32,000 nt of DNA from Candidatus Saccharimonadota bacterium (GCA_963718045.1 OY970350.1:120001-152000); one strand, 5' to 3'; positions 12,701 to 19,877 are shown, counted from the stretch's first letter. Made by a program: numbers and translations. Notes: generated by a model from the sequence alone, not told the origin.

Positions 12701-13159
12701 GCCGGTGATTCAAGTTGTTCTAGTGCTAATGTCGGGACAATGACTAGTGGCTATAATGATACAGATTCTACACCTCAATCATATTACCAGTGGTCAACTG
12801 TTCAAAGCTCGGCACGATGTTACGATGTTGTTGTTCAAATACCTATACCTAGCGACTGGTCTTCTTGGACTGGTACACCAACCATTTATGCATCTGCGGG
12901 TACGGGTGGCAGTATTGCCATAGCTGCCATAGCATCAAACGGTACCGAGGAATCAAACTACGGTACCATGTCGGCTGGTGTTGCAGCTTACCATAGCGAG
13001 ACAACAACTGGCTCTCTGGCGACTGTAACCCTACAAGGACTAACCAGCGCTAGCGATTCTGCAAATGGCGTACTCACTCTAAAAATTAGGATGTCCGCAA
13101 CCAGTAGCGGTAATACAGAAATAGGTACAATTATCATTCCGTATACATCGGCCTATTAA
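3785..13159 (+). CDS. Giant (3,124 aa) N-terminally anchored surface protein: long G/S/T/N-rich repetitive stalk, FN3-like modules, LVIVD-repeat beta-propeller, C-terminal domain of unknown function
   Basis: Single uninterrupted 9,375-nt ORF. It has one hydrophobic segment at aa ~49-72 (nt ~3929-4000). More than 2,000 aa are low-complexity strand-like repeats (e.g. GNTSLTGTLSVQGAVTLGS). FN3-like stretches occur at nt ~10230-10500 (..YYYEITAVD..AYKIYR) and ~11790-12000 (..YNYAVAAIN..GYNIYR). No SD is seen before the ATG. Confidence 0.9.
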   Translation: MKPEDNSLESGSEASQYNSSLEGGYQTSNAPNIPIKSPKVSISLFKFNKLAILITVSTLLFIGLLGGGAFIYDKTHSKASSLNSLEASGTYKNGSTLAVNQAQQADLLTLGQVNQLSVNGQLTVNKTLVLTPSTTPTSPIAGEIYFDSTTNKPYVYNGSQFVSLQIPAQYVANVGGITGNIVLGNGLTINGNTVNVSNSLLQSISSAASSTSVVSSLQGATGNVTLSSGSGISINGTTVSNTGVLNLTSLNGSIVITNSGSGSYNLALSGGGGVILGPNAAQIDNSNNPSIYINKTNNGNLLELQNNGVDQFVVNQSGNLGINGSFTQNGTGTFSTGSGAVSLNGNTTITGGNSLTVSSGATTLRGTLGVTGVSTLGSLGVSSFSDSGAASVTGNTSLTGTLSVQGAVTLGSNSPATQGSLIFDNGTNNNVISIVPSVPTGSGDVSVEFPALTGGSSDYFCVTGPDANCGTSATTVTTSSSGTSGDIAEFTGANQIANSPITDNGSNALTIQSGYTLNVGTLASVGDLNITPSGKVNINDTAQEVEIQGNASSYFSVSANGKTNKLAFTSPTSAQPTNYTITVPDESGTICLDNDAANCGFATSGSGVTDVNGYTGVICIQDANDNGSCSGNNVTINNATSSALGIASFSSTDFNVSSGAVTTVQNISTSGDVQFDGLSLGSGYNCTAPETGSLCLSTGGTVYTSNIVNPSSTAPLQVTSANSIFQFDQEGTTFEFPTGYGNTTHDICVSGVSCATGTGAAVILQPSSAQADDGSIAGIFINDINSNCTLGTNCKDLVDLQNGGSDVFTVDQYGNAQFDQTLYANTIQPISGAGGITVGTSGTSQTFTLQGNSGSEIEITNPNGGVSYIGIENPSGGTASSQSVYYALDDTQAPSSGTNGGNAAANPIFICTSANSYCTASSGITGTGTTGDLPLFNGAHSLANSILSQSSSNIAIAGSSSTSSLTIGNISSTAGQLVFNNGINSNSITFTQPASQPSSAINIGLPSVAGTVAVKGTGPISVDNTGTISCSDCAVTGSGGSGANVVTTLNGLDNAVSITDSLNNAFSTSGQNVQIANASTSNLGLVKINNDGNLTVSSGVVDTAQNIQTSSSPQFASVYLGSAGPSGNDGQLVFYDGSTGYKLTLNQLTLTNNQTIHIPNNSGTLIVAVGSSNNLTLNNGVVDTANAVNFPTSVTTAELLSGSSSLQIGSTSSVQPFTLNGTAGTSGSYSSLDLYSGTYNTKIDFAVPATGNNVYTFPDAGGISATVCLQNTGSSYNSCTYGSGLNGIGSSNQVAYFSGTGTLSSATNFYDNGSTVGLGGVSSGFGTHTQLTVNTNATAVNSAVTQLNSGTSNPTYIPLVVEGASSQTADLLDIDSNAGTPLAGFNSTGNLYFSGSSNNTITGASNENLTLQSQGAGQLLLNSAGSSLALQVGGTTEATVSSAGNFNLLNGSYQLGGSTTLSSAALTFTASTDSITGPSGSSITLDTTGSGILYLGNTNAPNIYLGNGNSTTTVAGQLSQSYSSPSASTADTIGFTNSNSAAGVAIQGISLTPANTTPSSGTNTLNVLNFVAGSGTNATAITNGVNFASSTGYSNFINAPNFVVGSNGVITLGTVGTTEGELTLNSSHSGGSFSIEPSVNQAKSTILYLPTDSSSTDTVCLVSDCTGAGAGSGDSSYIYNTYSSQQSPGNIDIESAVGYVAASIQGASGQDIMDLYSNGGTLVAHFDSSGNLSAGTINGATITSTAFDGATLSGGSLSGSSLSATQLLFSGVTGTVTTNSGDNLTIDTGGGTSTLNLGNAYATTIQIGNTTLSSGTQTINIGNNNTSGGTTNVNIGNGSTALGTVAIQGGNITLTTVGSGTTTISNIYNNTGTGTALKDNASDIQSGSSGSSTVNADTISLTGNATSGETINLNGINFANVSAIANNTFNGLYFGTGYNNAIQGVGSLNITGAGASTWDIGANTLSLQTLSGGAITTGTGLFTLGGNVALSAAAPSIYSSTTNSGLTLQANGTGALTLNSSGTTGTIGAIQIGNASTASVTQSINIGNNAGASSVSTVTVGSVLGASALTLQAGTGNLALTTGSTGGSNITLTTDYASSKIIAKSTINSITAFQIQGSSSTVLTADTTNSRLGVDNSYTQISTPASAPTVNGPYAGGSLTYPNTYYYEITAVDSMGGETTPSSQGASGTQTSSANRTYTITWSAVSGASAYKIYRCYGTSGCTEVYIASTSTTSYTDNGVTAGTAIPPTTNTAYVSTNSSNNNGQVTIGGNGTPTGQLYVSGTVPSTLTGATGYNISNPISTYVSGHYAYTISNGNSELVIDDISNPASPTYISEIGTNISGGRYVYVSGHYAYVVCGGTTGELIIFDISNPFSPAYVSETTTNLNTPNDIYVQGNYAYVTSGTNGTNSDLVIFNISNAFNPAYVSEISTNLNTPKTVYIQGNYAYITSYGSGYLVIDNISNPANPTYVGETNSNLDGPWGLFVSGSYAYIGEATLGYLVIDNISNPANPTYITKTSTNINYPVSVYVQGRYAYIANNEGNSMSIDDISNPYNPISVGLTVSNLSYPSGVFISGRYAYVDSSNNNSLVIYDLGGTYDQQLQAGGAELGTLQVDGNSIMSGDASVQGGLAVGSNAQIQGGLSVAGSSTLGSLSLSGLATPAAPTETVTCSGTCATSYNYAVAAINVSGVTAASASTSTGATANASLNTTTEYNRTGWTAVTGATGYNIYRTAGGAAQGLIGTVPASSITAPTPTSGSETGATLTLNYSIPPPFVIGQAITLAGFTMNTGSVNGTWPILSVTSSAITINILSGVTSTISTMGTATGILGFYDTAQTAGTSAPTTTTAGSLTVNGPGLFENASNSTTAFQVQNASGYTLLGVDTTSADNDVIIGQSSNLTGNLIFANASNSYTFSLTASTAASGNISLILPSVAPSAGQCLTATSSTQLAFAGCGTSHAKQITLAAEYAGAVLDSAGDSSCSSANVGTMTSGYNDTDSTPQSYYQWSTVQSSARCYDVVVQIPIPSDWSSWTGTPTIYASAGTGGSIAIAAIASNGTEESNYGTMSAGVAAYHSETTTGSLATVTLQGLTSASDSANGVLTLKIRMSATSSGNTEIGTIIIPYTSAY
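10660..11565 (+). repeat. Seven LVIVD-type repeats (predicted 7-bladed beta-propeller) inside the giant CDS
   Basis: The motif YAY(V/I)..(n)..L(V/I)I(D/F)(D/N)ISNP..P.Y(V/I)(S/G)E recurs seven times by my count. Two units share a near-identical ~47-nt DNA block (about 11146-11192 and 11274-11320). Confidence 0.75.
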
Positions 13160-13235
13160 AAGGAGCTAACTATCAAAGTGCAGAACCTTTTTTAGGATCA
13201 TAACTTAGGCCTAGAAGTAAAAATTAAACAAAAAT

Positions 13236-16200
13236 ATGTCTAAAAAGTCGGCAACATTAAATCAAAAGGATAAAGCAAATGGAGATGTAACTACTAGCGA
13301 AATAGCAGCTAGATTAGTTCCATCTCGTAAATATGCCCAACTGACAACCAAAACGAAGTTTATTAATAAATTCGTTCAGACTAAGAGAAAAGTAACCAAA
13401 ATTGGTAATTCTAAATATCTATTAGCCACAAGAAGGGAACTTAGAAAAACAATTAAACAAATAACCTGTAGTCCGGTGACTATAAAATTTGTATGTATAT
13501 ATAAAGGACTAACTAAAACAGTTATCTATCGGACTGATTTTATTACAAAACCAATTAAGAAAAAGCTCCAGCCACCAATTAGTCTATTTATCCGTCGGTT
13601 TAACAAAGTAGTTGACCGGCTTGGCCGAAAACGCGTTAAGTGGGTAAGCTACGGATTATTTAGCACCCTAGTGGTTGTAGCTATAGCAGTTGGTTCCATA
13701 GCCTATATCCATAACTTGATTAATTCCAGCTATAATCTGCCGGTTAACGAACAAGCTTTGATCGGATCCCCTGACACTGCCTTAATGAAATCCCAATTAA
13801 CCTATAACTCTAAAACTAAAACATACTACCTAGACAAATCGGGCATAGACAAGAGTTCCAGTTCTACTCCCGGAGTCCCATCTGGAGATAACAGTATTAG
13901 CATCGGATCTAAATCTAATTCAGCCTTTAGTCTAGTAATACCTACTAACATCCATCAAGGCTTTACAGCTTATGACAATACCTACGGACTATCCTTCACC
14001 CTAACTCCTGAGTTTGACGCTATGAACGCCAAGATGGTAGACGGTCATCTAGTCTATCCAATGGGACTAAATTCAACTAAAGACGTCTACACCATTAAGG
14101 CTAATGGTCTCCAAGAAAACATAGTCTATAACTCTGCGCCAGCGGGAACAGTCAAACTAGCCTATAAACTGGAATTGCCCAGTACCCTCCAAGCTAAAAT
14201 GATGCCAGGCGGTAACATAGGTATTTATTCAGCCAGTCCATATTTATTCGGTAACATCAGCTACGGCTCAGCTAAAGACCAAGCCCTGGTAGCTAAAGCC
14301 AGACTTAACGCCGCTAAAACTAACCTGGTCTTTGTCTTACCAGCTCCGGAAATAACCGACAACGACGGAATGGCTCCAACTAACGTTCAACAACAAACTA
14401 AATTCAGTCTTAAAGGGGACATCTTAACCTTAACTGCCAGCGATTTAGGCGGTATCCATGGCCCGATCTCCATCGACCCGAGTGTTATTGATGCCAGTGC
14501 CAGTTCTTTTGGCCAGGGTAATAACGAAAGTGATATATCATTTGCCAATTCCAGCATATCTGAAGCCGGACTTAGCGGCGGCGGTCTAGCTGGCAACACC
14601 AATAGCTGTGGGGCATCTTGGTGTGCCTCGAACGGTACTGCCGGCACGGGCGCCAACCTGCCGGCTGCTACCTACGAAGCCACCGCTGTCGCCTACAATG
14701 GCTACGTCTATCAGATAGGGGGGTATGCTGGCAGTCCCACCGCCGTAGTGGACTACGCGGCACTCACCAGCAGTGGTGCGCTGGCCGCACCGGGTTCGGC
14801 TGCCTGTACCGCTGGCGGCGGTTCTATTGCCGGTGACTGGTGTGCCTCGAACGGTACTGCCGGCACGGGCGCCAACCTGCCGGCTGTCACCTCCCAACCC
14901 ACCGCTGTCGCCTACAACGGCTACGTCTATCAGATAGGGGGGTGTTCTACTGCTTGCCCCACCGCCGTAGTGGACTATGCGGCTATCACCAGCAGCGGGG
15001 CGCTGGCCGCACCGGCTTCGGCTGCCTGTACCGCTGGCGGCGGTTCTATTGCCGGTGACTGGTGTGCCTCGAACGGTACTGCCGGCACGGGCGCCAACCT
15101 GCCGGCTGCCACCGACTACGCCACCGCTGTCGCCTACAATGGCTACGTCTACCAGATAGGGGGGTATACTACCGCTGCCACCGCCGTAGTGGACTACGCG
15201 GCTATCACCAGCAGTGGTGCGCTGGCCGCACCGGGTTCGGCTGCCTGTACCGCTGGCGGCGGTTCTATTGCCGGTGACTGGTGTGCCTCGAACGGTACTG
15301 CCGGCACGGGCGCCAACCTGCCGGCTGCTACCTACGAAGCCACCGCTGTCGCCTACAATGGCTACGTCTATCAGATAGGGGGGTGTTCTACTGCTTGCCC
15401 CACCGCCGTAGTGGACTACGCGGCTATCACCAGCAGTGGTGCTCTGGCCGCTCCCGGCAGTTGTGCTGGTACTATCACCGGCTATTGGTGTGCCTCAACT
15501 TCTACGGCTAACGGCAGCCTGCCGGCTGCTACCTACGTCGCTACCGCTGTCGCCTACAATGGCTACGTCTATCAGATAGGGGGGATGGCTGGCGGTGCCA
15601 CCGCCGCAGTGTACTACGCCCCGATATACAATGGTGGCAATATTGGCCCCTGGTCATCCACCACTAGCCTACCGGCTGCTACCTACTACGCTACCGCTGT
15701 CGCCTACAATGGCTACGTCTATCAGATAGGGGGGTATACTACCGCTGCCACCGCCGTAGTGGACTACGCGGCTATCAGCAGTCCAGGAGATGTTGCTCCT
15801 TGGACAGCCTCAACTTCTACGGCTAACGGCAGCCTGCCGGCTGCTACCTACGAAGCCACCGCTGTCGCCTACAATGGCTACGTCTATCAGATAGGGGGGT
15901 ATACTACCGCTGCCACCGCCGTAGTGGACTACGCGGCTATCACCAGCAGTGGTGCGCTGGCCGCTCCCGGCAGTTGTGCTGGTACTATCACCGGCTATTG
16001 GTGTGCCTCAACTTCTACGTCTAACGGCAGCCTGCCGGCTGCTACCTACGGCGCCGCCGCTGTTGCCTACAACGGCTATGTCTACCAGATAGGGGGGTAT
16101 GCTGGCAGTGTCACCGCTGTAGTGGACTACGCGGCTATCACTAGCAGTGGGGCGCTGGCCGCTCCCGGCAGTTGTGCTGGTACTATCACCGGCTATTGGT

Positions 16201-18518
16201 GTGCCTCAACTTCTACGTCTAACGGCAGCCTGCCGGCTGCTACCTACGGCGCCGCCGCTGTTGCCTACAACGGCTATGTCTATCAGATAGGGGGGTATAC
16301 TACCGCTGCCACCGCCGTAGTGGACTACGCGGCTATCACCAGCAGTGGTGCGCTGGCCGCTCCCGGCAGTTGTGCTGGTACTATCACCGGCTATTGGTGT
16401 GCCTCAACTTCTACGTCTAACGGCAGCCTGCCGGCTGCTACCTACTACGCTACCGCTGTCGCCTACAATGGCTATGTCTACCAGATAGGGGGGTATGCTG
16501 GCAGTGTCACCGCTGTAGTGGACTACGCGGCTATCACTAGCAGCGGGGCGCTGGCCGCACCGGCTTCGGCTGCCTGTACCGCTGGCGGCGGTTCTATTGC
16601 CGGTGACTGGTGTGCCTCGAACGGTACTGCCGGCACGGGCGCCAGCCTGCCGGCTGCTACCTACTACGCCACCGCTGTCGCCTACAATGGCTACGTCTAT
16701 CAGATAGGGGGGTATGCTGGCGGTGCCACCGCTGTAGTGGACTACGCGGCTATCACCAGCAGTGGGGCGCTGGCTGCTCCCGGCAGTTGTGCTGGTACTA
16801 TCACCGGCTATTGGTGTGCCTCAACTTCTACGGCTAACGGCAGCCTGCCGGCTGCTACCTACGTCGCTACCGCTGTTGCCTACAACGGCTATGTCTATCA
16901 GATAGGGGGGTATGCTGGCAGTCCCACCGCCGTAGTGGACTACGCGGCTATCAACAACGGCGGGCCGGCGACGTTGAGTGCTTGGGCTGCCACCGGCAGT
17001 CTGCCGGCTGCTACCTACCAAGCCACCGCTGTCGCCTACAACGGCTATGTCTATCAGATAGGGGGGTATGCTGGCAGTGTCACCGCTGTAGTGGACTACG
17101 CGGCTATCACTAGCACTGGGGCGCTGGCCGCTCCCGGCAGTTGTGCTGGTACTATCACCGGCTATTGGTGTGCCTCAACTTCTACGTCTAACGGCAGCCT
17201 GCCGGCTGCTACCTACTACGCTACCGCTGTCGCCTACAATGGCTATGTCTATCAGATAGGGGGGTGTTCTACTGCTTGCCCCACCGCCGTAGTGGACTAT
17301 GCGGCTATCACCAGCAGCGGGGCGCTGGCCGCACCGGCTTCGGCTGCCTGTACCGCTGGCGGCGGTTCTATTGCCGGTGACTGGTGTGCCTCGAACGGTA
17401 CTGCCGGCACGGGCGCCAACCTGCCGGCTGTTACCTACGGCGCTACCGCTGTCGCCTACAATGGCTATGTCTATCAGATAGGGGGGTATGCTGGCATTGT
17501 CACCGCCGTAGTGGACTACGCGGCTATCACCAGCAGCGGGGCGCTGGCTGCTCCCGGCAGTTGTGCTGGTACTATCACCGGCTATTGGTGTGCCTCAACT
17601 TCTACGTCTAACGGCAGCCTACCGGCCGCTACCTACCTCGCTACCGCTGTCGCCTACAACGGCTACGTCTATCAGATAGGGGGGTGTTCTACTGCTTGCC
17701 CCACCGCCGTAGTGGACTATGCGGCTATCAATTCCAGCACCGGTGCTGTCGGTACCTGGACTGCCACTGGCAGCCTGCCGGCTGCTACCTACTACGCTAC
17801 CGCTGTCGCCTACAATGGCTATGTCTATCAGATAGGGGGGTGTTCTACTGCTTGCCCCACCGCCGCAGTGTACTACGCCCCGATATACAATGGTGGCAAT
17901 ATTGGCCCCTGGTCATCCACCACTAGCCTGCCGGCTGCTACCTACCAAGCCACCGCTGTCGCCTACAACGGCTATGTCTATCAGATAGGGGGGTATACTA
18001 CCGCTGCCACCGCCGTAGTGGACTACGCCGGATTGCAATCCATGCCCCGAATTGGCTTTTACTCACAGTTAATCGACATGTCCGGCTCATCAACCGAAGA
18101 TCCAGCCGCCGATTATATACTTGCCAATGGCTCCCAAACAGGGGATCCTGGCATAGGCGGTCTTAGCGGCCCAGGTACTGGGGGTATATCTATAAATTAC
18201 CAATTTGCCTCTAATGCTTGCCCGACCTTTAATAGCTCAACTGCGCTAACTACTAGCGCGCTAGTACTCGGTACTCCTTACCCCATGACTTCTTCTTCCA
18301 ATGGCTGCAGCAGTTCTTCAGATACTAATTTTGGCCGTTGGGTTTGGGTTACTGTCAAACTCGATGATTCCCAAACTGCGACATTCCCGGACTCTAGCGG
18401 TAACCATGCTACAATAACGGGATTCACGTTGTATTATCACCCGGCGACTAATGGAAGACTGCGTGGCGGAGCCACTTTTAGCAATGGTTCTTTACAAACG
18501 CTTGATGCACCACCTTGA
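13236..18518 (+). CDS. Giant (1,760 aa) membrane-anchored surface protein with 18 Kelch-like tandem repeats
   Basis: Uninterrupted ORF 76 nt downstream of the previous giant gene. It has a Lys/Arg-rich ~135-aa N-terminus, one TM segment (VSYGLFSTLVVVAIAVGSIAYI), a ~300-aa unique ectodomain, the repeat array, and a ~250-aa unique C-terminal domain. Confidence 0.9.
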   Translation: MSKKSATLNQKDKANGDVTTSEIAARLVPSRKYAQLTTKTKFINKFVQTKRKVTKIGNSKYLLATRRELRKTIKQITCSPVTIKFVCIYKGLTKTVIYRTDFITKPIKKKLQPPISLFIRRFNKVVDRLGRKRVKWVSYGLFSTLVVVAIAVGSIAYIHNLINSSYNLPVNEQALIGSPDTALMKSQLTYNSKTKTYYLDKSGIDKSSSSTPGVPSGDNSISIGSKSNSAFSLVIPTNIHQGFTAYDNTYGLSFTLTPEFDAMNAKMVDGHLVYPMGLNSTKDVYTIKANGLQENIVYNSAPAGTVKLAYKLELPSTLQAKMMPGGNIGIYSASPYLFGNISYGSAKDQALVAKARLNAAKTNLVFVLPAPEITDNDGMAPTNVQQQTKFSLKGDILTLTASDLGGIHGPISIDPSVIDASASSFGQGNNESDISFANSSISEAGLSGGGLAGNTNSCGASWCASNGTAGTGANLPAATYEATAVAYNGYVYQIGGYAGSPTAVVDYAALTSSGALAAPGSAACTAGGGSIAGDWCASNGTAGTGANLPAVTSQPTAVAYNGYVYQIGGCSTACPTAVVDYAAITSSGALAAPASAACTAGGGSIAGDWCASNGTAGTGANLPAATDYATAVAYNGYVYQIGGYTTAATAVVDYAAITSSGALAAPGSAACTAGGGSIAGDWCASNGTAGTGANLPAATYEATAVAYNGYVYQIGGCSTACPTAVVDYAAITSSGALAAPGSCAGTITGYWCASTSTANGSLPAATYVATAVAYNGYVYQIGGMAGGATAAVYYAPIYNGGNIGPWSSTTSLPAATYYATAVAYNGYVYQIGGYTTAATAVVDYAAISSPGDVAPWTASTSTANGSLPAATYEATAVAYNGYVYQIGGYTTAATAVVDYAAITSSGALAAPGSCAGTITGYWCASTSTSNGSLPAATYGAAAVAYNGYVYQIGGYAGSVTAVVDYAAITSSGALAAPGSCAGTITGYWCASTSTSNGSLPAATYGAAAVAYNGYVYQIGGYTTAATAVVDYAAITSSGALAAPGSCAGTITGYWCASTSTSNGSLPAATYYATAVAYNGYVYQIGGYAGSVTAVVDYAAITSSGALAAPASAACTAGGGSIAGDWCASNGTAGTGASLPAATYYATAVAYNGYVYQIGGYAGGATAVVDYAAITSSGALAAPGSCAGTITGYWCASTSTANGSLPAATYVATAVAYNGYVYQIGGYAGSPTAVVDYAAINNGGPATLSAWAATGSLPAATYQATAVAYNGYVYQIGGYAGSVTAVVDYAAITSTGALAAPGSCAGTITGYWCASTSTSNGSLPAATYYATAVAYNGYVYQIGGCSTACPTAVVDYAAITSSGALAAPASAACTAGGGSIAGDWCASNGTAGTGANLPAVTYGATAVAYNGYVYQIGGYAGIVTAVVDYAAITSSGALAAPGSCAGTITGYWCASTSTSNGSLPAATYLATAVAYNGYVYQIGGCSTACPTAVVDYAAINSSTGAVGTWTATGSLPAATYYATAVAYNGYVYQIGGCSTACPTAAVYYAPIYNGGNIGPWSSTTSLPAATYQATAVAYNGYVYQIGGYTTAATAVVDYAGLQSMPRIGFYSQLIDMSGSSTEDPAADYILANGSQTGDPGIGGLSGPGTGGISINYQFASNACPTFNSSTALTTSALVLGTPYPMTSSSNGCSSSSDTNFGRWVWVTVKLDDSQTATFPDSSGNHATITGFTLYYHPATNGRLRGGATFSNGSLQTLDAPP
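14601..18029 (+). repeat. In-frame tandem array of 18 Kelch-like units (about 150-222 nt each), markedly GC-rich
   Basis: The core AVAYNGYVYQIGG occurs 18 times in the translation. DNA periods of 219-222 nt show in the regularly spaced alternative-frame ORFs (14840, 15062, 15281). Long stretches are near-identical between units. Confidence 0.95.
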
Positions 18519-18596
18519 TAATAATTATCGGCATCATATAAACAAAAACTTAATTTCTACCTACCAAACTGTAGCAAGTTCAACATCAGATTTAGC

Positions 18597-18625
18597 TTGA
18601 CCATATCTGTTAAAATTGCTAAAAT
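18597..18625 (+). promoter_or_regulatory. 16S promoter (TTGACC-17 nt-TAAAAT)
   Basis: Near-consensus hexamers with 17-nt spacing, ~200 nt upstream of mature 16S, and duplicated exactly upstream of 23S. Confidence 0.7.
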
Positions 18626-18758
18626 GTTTATTGATTGTTTGAGTTTAGGTAGAGCCTTAAGCCAGGCTTTAAGTTTCAGTCGTAAACTCAAGCACCTAGA
18701 GAGACTTACTTAGGCGGTGAAGATTCACCCTAAGTTTTGGACCGAACGCTAGAGTTTC

Positions 18759-18773
18759 GATCATTAACAATTT
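18759..18773 (+). promoter_or_regulatory. boxA-like antitermination element in the 16S leader (GATCATTAACAATTT)
   Basis: 12 of 13 match to the E. coli rrn boxA core TCTTTAACAATTT as I recall it. Conserved in the 23S leader copy. Confidence 0.55.
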
Positions 18774-18790
18774 GGTAGTGCAAATCAACG
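18766..18790 (+). other. 16S processing-stem, 5' half (pairs with 21656-21680)
   Basis: AACAATTTGGTAGTGCAAATCAACG is almost perfectly complementary to CGTTGAAATGCACTACCAAGTTGTT downstream of 16S. This geometry is typical of an RNase III stem. Confidence 0.65.
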
Positions 18791-18827
18791 TCAGTTCATT
18801 TTGAATTGTTTTAAACAAATTCTTTTT

Positions 18828-18874
<47 letters not shown>

Positions 18875-19689
18875 TACATGCAAGTCGAGCGGTAAGGCTC
18901 CTTCGGGAGTACACGAGCGGCGGACGGCTGAGTAACGCGTAGGAACCTACCCTAAAGTGAGGGATAAGCACCAGAAATGGTGTCTAATACCGCATATGCT
19001 CTTTGGAGTAAAGCTACGGCGCTTTGGGAAGGGCCTGCGTATGATTAGCTTGTTGGTGAGGTAAAAGCTCACCAAGGCGACGATCATTAGCTGGTCTGAG
19101 AGGATGATCAGCCAGACTGGGACTGAGAACGGCCCAGACTCCTACGGGAGGCAGCAGTAGGGAATCTTCCACAATGGGCGAAAGCCTGATGGAGCAACGC
19201 CGCGTGCAGGATGAAGGCCTTCGGGTCGTAAACTGCTTTTATATGTGAAGATTATGACAGTAGCATATGAATAAGGATCGGCTAACTCCGTGCCAGCAGC
19301 CGCGGTCATACGGAGGATCCAAGCGTTATCCGGAATTACTGGGCGTAAAGAGTTGCGTAGGTGGCATAGAAAGCGGGCAGTGAAATTGTATGGCTCAACC
19401 ATATAGACATTGTCTGAACTACTAAGCTAGAGGACGAGAGAGGTACCTGGAAGTCCCAGTGTAGGAGTGAAATCCGTAGATATTGGGAGGAACACCGATG
19501 GCGTAGGCAGGGTACTGGCTTGTTTCTGACACTAAGGCACGAAAGCTAGAGCAGGGACCCGGATTAGATACCCGGTTACTTCTAGCTGTAAACTATGGAT
19601 GCTAGCCGTTATCGGTATCGACCCCGGTAGTAGCAAAGCTAACGCGTTAAGCATCCCGCCTGTGGAGTACGGTCGCAAGACTAAAACAT

Positions 19690-19725
<36 letters not shown>

Positions 19726-19830
19726 GTGTTGTTTAATTCGAAAGTAAGCGAAGAACCTTACCCAGGCTTGACTTCCTGCGAATTTCTCCGAAAGGAGAGA
19801 GTGCTTTTATTAGAGCGCAGTGACAGGTGG

Positions 19831-19877
<47 letters not shown>

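Larger units (their letters stand above)
18561..18777 (+). repeat. rRNA promoter+leader module, copy 1 (upstream of 16S)
   Basis: Near-identical to 23152-23375 apart from a short replaced patch (about 18660-18668 versus 23251-23267) and scattered substitutions. Confidence 0.9.

Noticed and set aside
14387-17021. Antisense ORFs in the repeat array (14387-14656, 14586-14897, 16821-17021)
   Set aside because: GC-rich repeats lack stop codons on the opposite strand. There is no independent support.
14618-17926. Series of 60-80-aa Cys/Arg-rich plus-strand ORFs (MCLERYCRHGRQPAGC...) recurring every ~220 nt
   Set aside because: They are the +1/+2 frames of the tandem repeat inside the 1,760-aa ORF. 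Their periodicity simply mirrors the repeat, and the long uninterrupted frame is the real gene.
14601-18029. Regularly spaced ~220-nt repeats considered as a possible CRISPR array
   Set aside because: The units are contiguous with no unique spacers, are far longer than CRISPR repeats, and are all in one long reading frame. No cas genes are present.
14601-18029. Diversity-generating retroelement as the source of the variable residue per blade
   Set aside because: The window contains no reverse transcriptase and no template/variable repeat pair. The codon differences (GAA, GTC, TAC, GGC, CAA, CTC) are not adenine-specific. A DGR elsewhere in the genome cannot be excluded.
3473-18560. Search for an integrase, transposase, tRNA attachment site or inverted repeats that would make the giant-gene block a classical genomic island
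   Set aside because: I found none. The only boundary signal I can support is the rRNA-leader direct repeat reported above.
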